The notes beneath the pieces were generated by a model, which was not told the DNA's origin, did not search any database, and was given only the letters and a program-made list of their open reading frames with translations. The position numbers and the translations under genes are program-made. Below, piece after piece: positions 1-8,857 of a DNA stretch of 64,000 nucleotides. The first letter of the stretch is position 1. Every line of letters begins with the position of its first letter. The stretch lies in sequence record MZ475898.1; one strand, written 5' to 3'.

Positions 1-1446
1 CCGAATATCAAAGAAGCGTACAGGACGGCCATGATGGGCCGTCTTGGCGTTTCCCATTTCAGTTCGGAGATCACTCGCAAAGCATTCCGCCGCATCACCA
101 AGCTGGTGGAAGTTAAAAGCGAAATAATTGAATGGGACGACTTGCTGGAAGACCCGAACTTGGCAGAAGAGTTCAGGGACAGTCTGCGTGAAGCAGATGA
201 GAAGCCAGCAAAGAGCATGAAGGGATTCGACCGCGTCTACGACAATCTGGAGAAGTATCGTCAACGCCGTGACATTATGAACATCGGTAAGATGATTGCG
301 AAAGATTTCGGTGAAGCGGATGCCGAAGAGTTCAACGAGCAAGAGTACATGCAGGGTCTGGCTGATAAGTTGGGTCAAGCGCAACGCGGCACTCGTTCGA
401 CCGAGAAAGTGCATACGTTCGGTGGTAAGAAAAGCAACGCTATCAAACTGGCGAAGCAAGTTATCCTGAACCCGAAAGAGGTGATGTACAAGACAGGCTT
501 CAAGAACTACGACAAACGAAATGGCGGTTGGCCTACAACGGGTGTCGTACTCTTAGCAGGTTCTACCTCTGGCGGTAAGTCTGTAATCTCGATGAACATC
601 GCCGATGCAATGGCAAAGATTAATGGCATCCACTGTTTGAAGGTCACCCTTGAGATGACTGCCGAGCAGGAAATGAAGCGTATGCTGTCCATGATCAGCG
701 GCATTGAGTTCAACAAAATCAAGCAGGGCAAGTTATCGAAGCGTGAGCAGAAGCAGTTGATTGAAGCTGCGAAGCAATACGACAAGATCATGACCAAGTC
801 TAAGGGACGTAACTCATTCACGTCTCCTGAGCGCGGCATGTCTATCGATGACGTCCTGTATATGTCTATCCCGTACGGCGTTCACGTAACCTTCATCGAC
901 TACGTTGGTCTGTTAGAAGGTGTGGACAACGACAACCAGTGGCGAGAACTGTCCACGATTGTTCGTAAAGCGAAAGTACATGCGAACGCAACAGGTCAGC
1001 TTGTTGTTATCCTGTGTCAGCTTGATGACCAGTCTGGTCGTATTCGTTACTCTGGTGGTATGCGTGAGCACGCCGACGTTGTATGGTCATGGAACTACTC
1101 TGACCCTGAGATTCGTGAAGGTCACGTTATCCCGATGCAGGTAATGAAAGCGCGTGATGGTGAGCTGTTCGAAATGGCAATCGCCGAAGCGTTCCACTTG
1201 ATGCGTGTGTCTGACGCAGAAGAAGGTGCCGAGATTCCTCAACGCGCCGTAACGTCAGATGATGTTGGTGGTTCTCCTGCAAAAGGTAATTTCAAGAAGA
1301 AAGGTAAGGGTAAAGACAAGATCGAAATCAAGAAGTCTCGACGTGCAGCAGCAGCCTTCCTGTCAAGCGGCAGCGACGATGATGACGACGATGAAGATCT
1401 GCCGAAGAAGAAAAAGAAACGCAAGCAATATGACGTTGCTGCGTAA
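1..1446 (+). CDS. dnaB: DnaB-like replicative helicase, 5'-truncated by the window
   Basis: Frame is open from base 1. Walker A LAGSTSGGKS, TLEM, FIDY (Walker B), LCQL and MKARDGE motifs; acidic/basic low-complexity C-tail. Confidence 0.85.
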   Translation, partial: PNIKEAYRTAMMGRLGVSHFSSEITRKAFRRITKLVEVKSEIIEWDDLLEDPNLAEEFRDSLREADEKPAKSMKGFDRVYDNLEKYRQRRDIMNIGKMIAKDFGEADAEEFNEQEYMQGLADKLGQAQRGTRSTEKVHTFGGKKSNAIKLAKQVILNPKEVMYKTGFKNYDKRNGGWPTTGVVLLAGSTSGGKSVISMNIADAMAKINGIHCLKVTLEMTAEQEMKRMLSMISGIEFNKIKQGKLSKREQKQLIEAAKQYDKIMTKSKGRNSFTSPERGMSIDDVLYMSIPYGVHVTFIDYVGLLEGVDNDNQWRELSTIVRKAKVHANATGQLVVILCQLDDQSGRIRYSGGMREHADVVWSWNYSDPEIREGHVIPMQVMKARDGELFEMAIAEAFHLMRVSDAEEGAEIPQRAVTSDDVGGSPAKGNFKKKGKGKDKIEIKKSRRAAAAFLSSGSDDDDDDEDLPKKKKKRKQYDVAA

Positions 1447-1457
1447 AGGAACTGACC

Positions 1458-1706
1458 ATGAGTGATATTCAGCTACAGGAATTCACGCAAGAAATTCGTG
1501 ATGACCTGTCGAAAGACTTTGTGTATCACATCCGTACCAAGGACGGTACGGAGCACACTGGTATGTGGCCCAACTATGCAGGCTTTCATTGTCTCAACCC
1601 AAATGAGGGCAAGCGCATTAGTATGGATGATGTTACGCACATCAGTGAGCAAATGACCTTCGACGATCACTCGGACAAATACGTCTTCAATCGTGAAAAA
1701 GTTTGA
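1458..1706 (+). CDS. hypothetical protein (82 aa)
   Basis: ORF with AAGGA RBS, tightly packed. Confidence 0.6.
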   Translation: MSDIQLQEFTQEIRDDLSKDFVYHIRTKDGTEHTGMWPNYAGFHCLNPNEGKRISMDDVTHISEQMTFDDHSDKYVFNREKV

Positions 1707-2490
1707 GGGTCCATACGGGCTAGTTGAGTCCGATAACCTTGTCCCACGTTGGACGTACCCTATTGTGCATGGTAGAGTTCGTCAGGTAGAAGCGTGGGAA
1801 CTTGATACGCTACCAAACGTTTCCACAGAAGTCCGTATGGTAAACGATATTCATGCAATTCACAGCACCCCCGTAGAGGATTATGATGACACAATCGACC
1901 TCGAAGCAGAAGCCGAAACGTATTCAAAAACTGAATCCCGACTTCTTATCAAACCTAAGCTCAATGAAATCAGAGCCCGTAAAAACCAAAGTAACACTGG
2001 TCCAGAGAACGTCTTCTCTGTAGCTCCTGAAGTTCTTGACCGTACGCTGGACAGCATTGATCAGCACAGCGAATCCTTCCGTGATTATCTGTTGCATCAA
2101 GTGTTCAGTCCAATCTTAGGCTTTGATATAGCGGCGGGTGAAGTCGAAGCAATTGCGCGTGATTGTCTCAAGACCCCTCTTGAGATCGACAGTGAACTCG
2201 TTCCCTATCTCGAACGAATCGGACTTGCTAATATCATAGGAGTGATGTTGGGCAAATCTGAGTCTGTACCAGAAATCGTGCGTGCAGACGTACTCAAAGA
2301 CTGGCTGATTAAGTCATTCGATGATATTCGTTTAGACAATAAAACGAAAGCTAACGGTACGAAGCTGCGTGATCAAATACGCCGCCTGATGCACGGTAAC
2401 GACGAGCTGGTTGCTCAAGGTGCTGGCATTGGTTCTACCCGAGGTTATTCGGAAGCGAGGAAGCAACAGAAAGAAAATGGCAAAGCCTAA
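1693..2490 (+). CDS. hypothetical protein (265 aa), positional candidate for terminase small subunit
   Basis: Long ORF overlapping the terL start; function inferred from position only. Confidence 0.55.
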   Translation: MKKFEGPYGLVESDNLVPRWTYPIVHGRVRQVEAWELDTLPNVSTEVRMVNDIHAIHSTPVEDYDDTIDLEAEAETYSKTESRLLIKPKLNEIRARKNQSNTGPENVFSVAPEVLDRTLDSIDQHSESFRDYLLHQVFSPILGFDIAAGEVEAIARDCLKTPLEIDSELVPYLERIGLANIIGVMLGKSESVPEIVRADVLKDWLIKSFDDIRLDNKTKANGTKLRDQIRRLMHGNDELVAQGAGIGSTRGYSEARKQQKENGKA

Positions 2491-5311
2491 GAAGGGTCCA
2501 GCCTTCCAACTTCGTCCCAAGCGTATAGCTGCATTCGATGCACTGCTTGGCGATGATTTTGAGGAGGCTTCATCTGAGGCGGAAGGGTTAGACTTCCTCT
2601 CAGAAAATAGCGCTAATGCCATAGACTTCCTTGAGAAAGGGGAAGTGAACGTAGTTGACTTGGTGGAGAGTGCGCTAGAGCAGCGTACCCTCGTACCACG
2701 CGACTTGAAGTTCGACGATAGCTCAATGCCGAAAGCAAAGAACTTCTTGGACTGGTGTACTAATCCAAAGTTCCTTAAAGCTGAGCCATATCTTGAGCAG
2801 GCCATGATCGGTCTGCGTTTGTTCGGTGAGATCTGCGTAAGATGTTCACCCAATCTACAATGGATGTATACAGAGAATCATGAGCCGCAGGAGGGTACTG
2901 CCGCTATTGGGAAGCATTTGCATCTTCTCCATAACGGTGTGTGTCCTCACTGCGGCGCTCGTCGTTCTGATATGATTCGTAACAAGGAGATTAACTTCTA
3001 CAACGAGCTGGCAGTGAATGCCGGTCAGCGTTGTGTGATTGCGTCTACGCCTGTAGCGACGAACAACGGTATCATGCCTATCGGTCACATGATGATCGGT
3101 CATGACACTCCTGGCTTCCACAAGCCTCGTCGCAATTTCAGTGCGCACAACGGACGTGAGATCAAAAAGGTTAGTCAAGTCTATGTGTCAAGCGAGAGTC
3201 CGACCAAGGTCATTACACTCGCTAACGGCATTTGGATTGAAGCAACACACGATCACCCTATTCGTACAGAGACGGGCTTTAAGAAGACCGATAAACTCGT
3301 GCGTGGTGAACGTGTTGAAGTAGCTGTCGGCACGAACACGTGGGGCAAGATACAGCGCCCTACGACGATCTACGAAGCTGGATTGTCTACGCGTGAAGAT
3401 GCGTTGCGATACATTGCAGACAGATCGATTCCGTTCGGCGAAAGCAAGCTACAGTACGTCTCAGACGACCCTGATGCGATTCAGATGGTGTGGTCTATTC
3501 TGCTTAACGCGGGATTTGTACCGAGCGTGCTCAGAGGCTCAGAAGGCCGTAGCGTTCTCTACTCTCTGACAGATGAGCCTCAGCGTTGTTCGAAGCACAT
3601 CGAGATCATGTTCGTTGAAGAAGGCACGCCGCAGATAACATACGACTTGCAGATGGAAGGTCTGCCTCAGTTCGTAGCGTCTGGCCTCGTACACCACAAC
3701 AGCGGTAAGTCAGTTGTTGTTGCAATGATCTCTACCTATCTGACGCACAGACTGCTTATGTCGCAGTCGCCTACGGGTATCTTGAGCATCGACAGCACAA
3801 CCGTATTGCACGGTACGTTCGTTGCTCTTACCCAGAAGCAAGCGGCCGATACATTGTGGACTCCCTACTTCAACTACATCATGGGCAGTCCCTGGTTCCA
3901 AGCATACCATGACCTGATTCGTAAACACGAACGGCGCTATGGTATCGAAGTAATGAAGATTCGTGACACGTTCATATTGTACGGTCATCGTAGCTTTGTT
4001 ATTTATCCTGCAGGTCCTGATGGACGTATTCTTCGTGGTCGAACCCGTGTACTAGCGGTAATCGATGAAGTGGCGTATTTTGACAACGACGCCCAATCGA
4101 AGAAAATCAAAGTCAGTGCTAATGCCGTGTACGGCGCTCTCGACCGCTCGCTCGCCACTGTGCGTGCTAAGGAGAAGCGGCAAGTCGAAGCCGGATATGA
4201 TGAGGCGTTTACGGGTTACTTCTGCAACATTAGTAGCCCGGTACATGCCCGCGACAAGATCAATGAACTGATGCGCATGGCAGTTGACTCGAAAACGTTG
4301 CTGGGCATTCATGCTCCTACGTGGAAGATGAACCCAGACATGCCGCGTGATTCAGAGTTCTTGCTCGAAGCGTTCCGTCGTGACCCTGTTGGTGCGGCGC
4401 GTGACTACGGTGCAGAAGCTCCGTTGTCTGCTAACCCGTTCATCACTCAGCCTATCTTTATCGAGCAGGCGATACGTGAGAAGGGTCGTTCGCTGTGCAG
4501 TTACACGCATCATATTCTACGTCACAAAGACGGACAGAGACAGCGTTACGGGTCACTCGTTAAAGCAGTTGAGACAAACAAGAACAGCATCCTCGCAATC
4601 GATGCAGGCTATTCAAACAACAGCTTCTCGCTGGTGACTGGTAGCCGTGACGAAGCAGGGATCATCTCGGTAGACTGCGTTGTGGAGATCATTCCTAAGC
4701 CAGGCATACCTCTCAACTACACGATGATATTCGATGAACTGCTTGTGCCTCTGTGTCGCCTGCGTAACGTTCGCGTAATGCTTGCTGACCAATGGCAGTC
4801 TCTCAAGTTGCTACAAGATGCGAAGATCAAATGTCCTTCAATCGAAGCTGCCGACAAGTACAGCCTCAAGTACGAGGACATGTGGACAGTTAAGACGATG
4901 TTTGAATCTCAGCCATCGCGTATCAGTCTGCCTCGTATGGGCTTTGCTAAGACCATTCAGGAGACGTTGCAGTATAACGGTGACGAGTACCCACACTGCT
5001 TTGAGAACAAGCCTACAGAGCACTTGATAATGCAGCTACAGACTGTGCAAGACACGGGCCGTGGCGTTATCAAGAACACAGGTGCAACAGATGACTTGTG
5101 GCGTGCTATGGCTCTCATGGTATATGGCTTTGAGTGTGGTGAATATGAGGAGTTCTTGTCCACTCCTGCAAAAATCAGCGTTAACCGTGACCCGAATCGT
5201 CTGGGTCGTGTTGCTGGTCGTCTCAACAAAGGCGTTGCAGGGTCTAGTGGTAAGGCAGCTCCTACTCGCGTTCTTGGTAGCGCTGCGACTCGTATGATTG
5301 GTCGCAAATAA
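2477..5311 (+). CDS. terL: terminase large subunit with intein
   Basis: Spliced Walker A AGQR|SGKS, Walker B VIDEVAYF, nuclease motifs ILAIDAG and TDDLW. Start moved to ATG 2477 (MAKPKK). Confidence 0.9.
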   Translation: MAKPKKGPAFQLRPKRIAAFDALLGDDFEEASSEAEGLDFLSENSANAIDFLEKGEVNVVDLVESALEQRTLVPRDLKFDDSSMPKAKNFLDWCTNPKFLKAEPYLEQAMIGLRLFGEICVRCSPNLQWMYTENHEPQEGTAAIGKHLHLLHNGVCPHCGARRSDMIRNKEINFYNELAVNAGQRCVIASTPVATNNGIMPIGHMMIGHDTPGFHKPRRNFSAHNGREIKKVSQVYVSSESPTKVITLANGIWIEATHDHPIRTETGFKKTDKLVRGERVEVAVGTNTWGKIQRPTTIYEAGLSTREDALRYIADRSIPFGESKLQYVSDDPDAIQMVWSILLNAGFVPSVLRGSEGRSVLYSLTDEPQRCSKHIEIMFVEEGTPQITYDLQMEGLPQFVASGLVHHNSGKSVVVAMISTYLTHRLLMSQSPTGILSIDSTTVLHGTFVALTQKQAADTLWTPYFNYIMGSPWFQAYHDLIRKHERRYGIEVMKIRDTFILYGHRSFVIYPAGPDGRILRGRTRVLAVIDEVAYFDNDAQSKKIKVSANAVYGALDRSLATVRAKEKRQVEAGYDEAFTGYFCNISSPVHARDKINELMRMAVDSKTLLGIHAPTWKMNPDMPRDSEFLLEAFRRDPVGAARDYGAEAPLSANPFITQPIFIEQAIREKGRSLCSYTHHILRHKDGQRQRYGSLVKAVETNKNSILAIDAGYSNNSFSLVTGSRDEAGIISVDCVVEIIPKPGIPLNYTMIFDELLVPLCRLRNVRVMLADQWQSLKLLQDAKIKCPSIEAADKYSLKYEDMWTVKTMFESQPSRISLPRMGFAKTIQETLQYNGDEYPHCFENKPTEHLIMQLQTVQDTGRGVIKNTGATDDLWRAMALMVYGFECGEYEEFLSTPAKISVNRDPNRLGRVAGRLNKGVAGSSGKAAPTRVLGSAATRMIGRK
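3032..3700 (+). mobile_element. intein (223 aa) in the TerL Walker A, with only a remnant endonuclease region
   Basis: Starts CVIAST, block B ATHDHP, ends YDLQM...FVASGLVHHN, followed by Ser(+1). Confidence 0.9.
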
Positions 5312-5313
5312 GC

Positions 5314-5319
5314 TAATTT
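5314..5319 (+). promoter_or_regulatory. putative late promoter core TAATTT (context TAAGCTAATTTA)
   Basis: 35 nt upstream of ATG 5349; the same 12-mer lies upstream of the - strand gene starting at 47401. Confidence 0.45.
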
Positions 5320-5348
5320 AACCAAGAAAGCCACTTGAGGAAAAGATC

Positions 5349-5567
5349 ATGGAAAACAAGTTTTACAACCCACTGACAGCCGCCGAGACTGTAAAGTCAC
5401 AGTCAAGCACGGATAAGGCAGAAAGTACGAGCGGTGCATTTCAAGTTGAAAACCCGAACGTCTGTCCTAAGTGCGCATCGTCTACTGTCCCCACTCAGTT
5501 ACTTGACGGGGAACAGGTGATGTTCTGCACATCCTGCCGTGTGAGTCTCGCCATTCCATTGAAGTGA
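5349..5567 (+). CDS. small Zn-ribbon protein
   Basis: CPKC...CTSC; GAGG RBS. Confidence 0.7.
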   Translation: MENKFYNPLTAAETVKSQSSTDKAESTSGAFQVENPNVCPKCASSTVPTQLLDGEQVMFCTSCRVSLAIPLK

Positions 5568-5574
5568 GGTTATA

Positions 5575-7500
5575 ATGGGCATTCGTGTCGGACGCCAGTA
5601 CACTGGCTCTCCACCGGAGGAGGCCAAGAAAAAGAAACAGTCTACTCTTGGCTCCGCATCCCTCCCCCGAGCAGTAGGCGAAGCTATCCGCAGTGAGAGT
5701 TCGAAGCGTCACACAGAGTTTCTTTCTCAGTCTGCTGGTGGCGCAGGAATGGCTGCTGGTAATATGCAGATTGGTACCGTACCGCTAGACATTGACTTAG
5801 AGCCAATGATGGAAGGTATGGACTATGATGCTGATGACCGACAGCTATTCAACGTCTACCGCGATATGTATCACTTCGACCCAATCTGCGGCTCTTACGT
5901 GGACTTGTTCTCAACGCTGCCGTTCTCTGATGTGAGTTTCAGTGGCGCGAAGGACAGTGTGCTTGAGCCGTATTACGAAGTGAACGAACGTCTGTCACTA
6001 ACGTCCAGTATGCCGAACATCTGTACCGACATTCAGGTTACTGGCGCGTTCATTGGCAGCATGATCTACAACAAAGACCGTAAGAAATTCATCGACCTGA
6101 TGACGCACCGTTACGACAACATCGACGTGACACCGCTTCCGTTTATCAGTCAGGACCCGATGTTTGACTTGCGTATTCCTCAGTACGTGAAGCAAGCCTT
6201 CAACAAAGAAGGTAAGCGAATCGATGCGCTCAAGAAAGAGCTGGGGCCTGGCTTTGTTGAAAAGCTGATGAACGATCAAACGATGGAGCTTGACCCTATT
6301 GGGACAATCTATATCCCTCGCAAGACGTTCACTTTCGGTGAAGGTATCTCTGTATTCCGTCGTGTGTTGCCTATCTGGCTAATTGAGAAGAACCTGTATC
6401 GTGGTACGTTGATTGAATCTGGTCGTCGTCAACGCGGTATTCTTCATGCTCAGTTGGGTGATGGCGATCAGTGGGAACCTTCGCAGGAAGAAATGGACTT
6501 CATGACAGACCTGTTGCTGTCTGCTGATAGTGACCCTATCGGTAGTATCATCACAACTCGTCTGGGCGTCAACATTAGTGAGTTCCGTCAAGGCGGTGAC
6601 TTCTGGAAGATTACCGATATCTGGGACCAGACTGCTACGTTTAAGATGCGTGCAATGGGTATCAGTGAGGCATTCCTGAGTGGCGAAGCCAACTATGATT
6701 CCGGTGCTGCTGGCCTGACTATCTTTGTCGAGGCGATGCGTGCGTTCCGTGATCATCTGACGCGTAAGGTCTACTATGAGAAAGTCTTCCCGCTTATCAG
6801 TATGATGAATGGCCTTGCTGTTCAGCGTAACGGTAAGATCGTTAAGAAGAACAATCTCATGGACGGCGGCCTGACCGAAGTTATGCACAGACTGAATGAC
6901 GGCTCTAAGCTGTTTATCCCGAATGTGCATTGGTCTAAGCAGCTTCGTCCTGATGTTGACCAAGCAATGATGGAAAACTTGCGTGCTATGACTGAGCTGG
7001 GTGTTCCAGTTCCATTGCGTGCAATCGCATCTGCTGGTGGCTACAACTTCGACCAGATTCTGATGGACCAAGATGAAGACCTCGCTATGCGCCGTAAGCT
7101 GATGGCTTATAAGAAGCGTATGGCAGAAGTTGATTCTGAGTTCAAAGCCCCAGAAGAAGGTGCAGAAGGTGGCGATAGCTTTAGTTCTGTTTCTAACGAT
7201 CTCAAGCGCCGTCGTCGTCACATTGCAGGTATCGGTTTGTCCTCGGCTGTGCTCGGCGGTGAACGTCGCAAAGGCCTGCTGGGCCGTGATTTCGGTGAGC
7301 AGTCAGAAGTCTTCGAGTTCACCAAAACCGGTAAGAAGAAACACATCATCGGTCAGGCGCGTGCTAACCATAAAGCGAACGATGCTATTTGGAAAGCAGC
7401 ACGCAACTATGAAGCCAACAAAACGATGCCTCTTGATAACGGTAAAGTGTCCTTTGAGCCTACCGCGCAAGAGCTTCGTGCTATGTCGAGACTTCGCTAA
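5575..7500 (+). CDS. probable portal protein (641 aa)
   Basis: Size, position right after terL and portal-like organisation; no decisive motif recognised. Confidence 0.6.
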   Translation: MGIRVGRQYTGSPPEEAKKKKQSTLGSASLPRAVGEAIRSESSKRHTEFLSQSAGGAGMAAGNMQIGTVPLDIDLEPMMEGMDYDADDRQLFNVYRDMYHFDPICGSYVDLFSTLPFSDVSFSGAKDSVLEPYYEVNERLSLTSSMPNICTDIQVTGAFIGSMIYNKDRKKFIDLMTHRYDNIDVTPLPFISQDPMFDLRIPQYVKQAFNKEGKRIDALKKELGPGFVEKLMNDQTMELDPIGTIYIPRKTFTFGEGISVFRRVLPIWLIEKNLYRGTLIESGRRQRGILHAQLGDGDQWEPSQEEMDFMTDLLLSADSDPIGSIITTRLGVNISEFRQGGDFWKITDIWDQTATFKMRAMGISEAFLSGEANYDSGAAGLTIFVEAMRAFRDHLTRKVYYEKVFPLISMMNGLAVQRNGKIVKKNNLMDGGLTEVMHRLNDGSKLFIPNVHWSKQLRPDVDQAMMENLRAMTELGVPVPLRAIASAGGYNFDQILMDQDEDLAMRRKLMAYKKRMAEVDSEFKAPEEGAEGGDSFSSVSNDLKRRRRHIAGIGLSSAVLGGERRKGLLGRDFGEQSEVFEFTKTGKKKHIIGQARANHKANDAIWKAARNYEANKTMPLDNGKVSFEPTAQELRAMSRLR

Positions 7501-7826
7501 TGTATCGCTTCCAGACTTGTCCCATTGAAGGTACGAAGGAGCTGGTGGTGTATCGCCACCCTTCGTTCTCCAACTACGGTCTGGCCTTAAAGGTAAATCG
7601 CACTGGTGAGCAAGACGCTGTTCAGTGCGATATTGTCTCAGGCAACATTGATGGCGTCTCTCGTCTGGACGCCATTACAGACCATACTGCTCCACTTGAT
7701 GTACAGCTATGGGCTTTTACCTGTATGCACATCTTGCGGGAATCTGTAAATATCGAGAGCATTAATCTTGATACGCTGTTTAGCAATAATGGCGGTATCG
7801 TATACTATGGTACTTCAGGAGAATAA
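7500..7826 (+). CDS. hypothetical protein (108 aa)
   Basis: TAATG coupling to the upstream gene. Confidence 0.6.
   Translation: MYRFQTCPIEGTKELVVYRHPSFSNYGLALKVNRTGEQDAVQCDIVSGNIDGVSRLDAITDHTAPLDVQLWAFTCMHILRESVNIESINLDTLFSNNGGIVYYGTSGE
7742..7751 (+). promoter_or_regulatory. ATCTGTAAAT motif (putative early/middle phage promoter)
   Basis: Exact copy of the recurring motif, upstream of 7829. Confidence 0.45.
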
Positions 7827-7828
7827 TC

Positions 7829-8215
7829 GTGAGCGGAATGTTTCCTCATCATGTAATTGAACAAAAGAAAGGCTTCGTGTTTATCGTTACTCCGATTGAG
7901 GACGATCCAGACAGTCTCGAAGCTGCGGAAGAAGTGCGTGCCGTACTCGAAGAGTCGTGGCCTACTGCACCTTCTGAGTTGACCGTGGACGACGTTCGCG
8001 ATCCTGAAGAAGCTGAGTTAATCTTGGCTGACATTCTGGAGGTTCTGGGCGAAGCAGAATCTGAGTACGCGAACAAAGTCCTGATCAACAGCGTAATTGT
8101 TGTCGGCGCTCTGGCCATCGTTAACGTCCTGCTGCTGGACGAAGAAGTCAATTCCGAAGAAGAGGAAGAAGACGATGACGCTGATCAGTCTGCGGACGAA
8201 GAAGAGTTCGAATAA
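7829..8215 (+). CDS. highly acidic protein (128 aa)
   Basis: GTG start with AGGAG RBS; 39 D/E versus 5 K/R. Confidence 0.7.
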   Translation: MSGMFPHHVIEQKKGFVFIVTPIEDDPDSLEAAEEVRAVLEESWPTAPSELTVDDVRDPEEAELILADILEVLGEAESEYANKVLINSVIVVGALAIVNVLLLDEEVNSEEEEEDDDADQSADEEEFE

Positions 8216-8222
8216 CGTAGAC

Positions 8223-8246
8223 CATGAGGACCTTCGGGTCCTCATG
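8223..8246 (+). promoter_or_regulatory. perfect 10-bp hairpin with UUCG loop, no U-tract
   Basis: CATGAGGACC-TTCG-GGTCCTCATG. Confidence 0.6.
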
Positions 8247-8378
8247 AATCTAACAGACAAGCATCCCGTACTTGCCGCCAAGTATCTCACTAATCAGACC
8301 CCTGTGTATGCGCGTGCGTTACTTGATGAACTCAACAACGAGGAAGTATCTGACCTCTACTATCAAATGGTAGCATGA
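8244..8378 (+). CDS. small hypothetical protein (44 aa, MNLTDKHP...)
   Basis: ATG within the hairpin; ends overlapping the next start. Confidence 0.45.
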   Translation: MNLTDKHPVLAAKYLTNQTPVYARALLDELNNEEVSDLYYQMVA

Positions 8379-8857
8379 TGGACAAAACAGAGAGCGCAAG
8401 CTCCAATAGCGAAAGGCACCGAATCTATTTCAGGCAGCCGCAACGAGTACCTCCCTTCGATACAGCTTTTGTTCGTGCGTCAGACACCACGAGCCTCAAG
8501 CTGCTTCTCTCGGCTGCTCCTGAACATTGTCAGATCATATTGTTTACGGACGGCACCGGCACTGCTTATGCCATGAAACGCCTCTTTAAGCGCAAATTCC
8601 TTTTGAACTCTCAAGCTCTACAACTCGATCTGCCTACGATAACACTTACAGGTCAGGTCGTTTATCAGTTCGTTCGCGGCGGCTCTGTGCGCGACAAACT
8701 GAGTCGTTACTTCTGTGCTGGACCAAGCTATCTGCATGAGCTGGCACAAACGTCCGTTGAATCAGACGTTCTCGATATGTTCTGTTTGGGCTTAGACTTC
8801 CATGCGGTATTGCGTGCGAGGGAGCGTGGCCGTTCTATTGTCTTTACGGAGGAATAA
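8375..8857 (+). CDS. hypothetical protein (160 aa)
   Basis: ORF coupled to both neighbours. Confidence 0.6.
   Translation: MMDKTESASSNSERHRIYFRQPQRVPPFDTAFVRASDTTSLKLLLSAAPEHCQIILFTDGTGTAYAMKRLFKRKFLLNSQALQLDLPTITLTGQVVYQFVRGGSVRDKLSRYFCAGPSYLHELAQTSVESDVLDMFCLGLDFHAVLRARERGRSIVFTEE

Noticed and set aside
1375-1422. GAT/GAC and AAG runs (also 8155-8180 and GGT/GGC at 36770-36800) as microsatellites; polybasic stretch as an NLS
   Set aside because: They simply encode low-complexity protein tails; an NLS has no meaning in a bacterial host.
2411-2476. ORF-track upstream starts (also 31939, 38216, 49535, 50572, 55420, 61757)
   Set aside because: Downstream ATGs have better SD sequences and avoid long overlaps or terminators.
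6379-7221. Long antisense ORF (280 aa) and many other opposite-strand or alternate-frame ORFs in the track
   Set aside because: They lie fully within well-supported genes, lack RBS and recognisable motifs, and are typical shadow ORFs.
7768-7806. Sigma70 promoter using TATACT at 7801
   Set aside because: No acceptable -35 element at 16-18 nt spacing.
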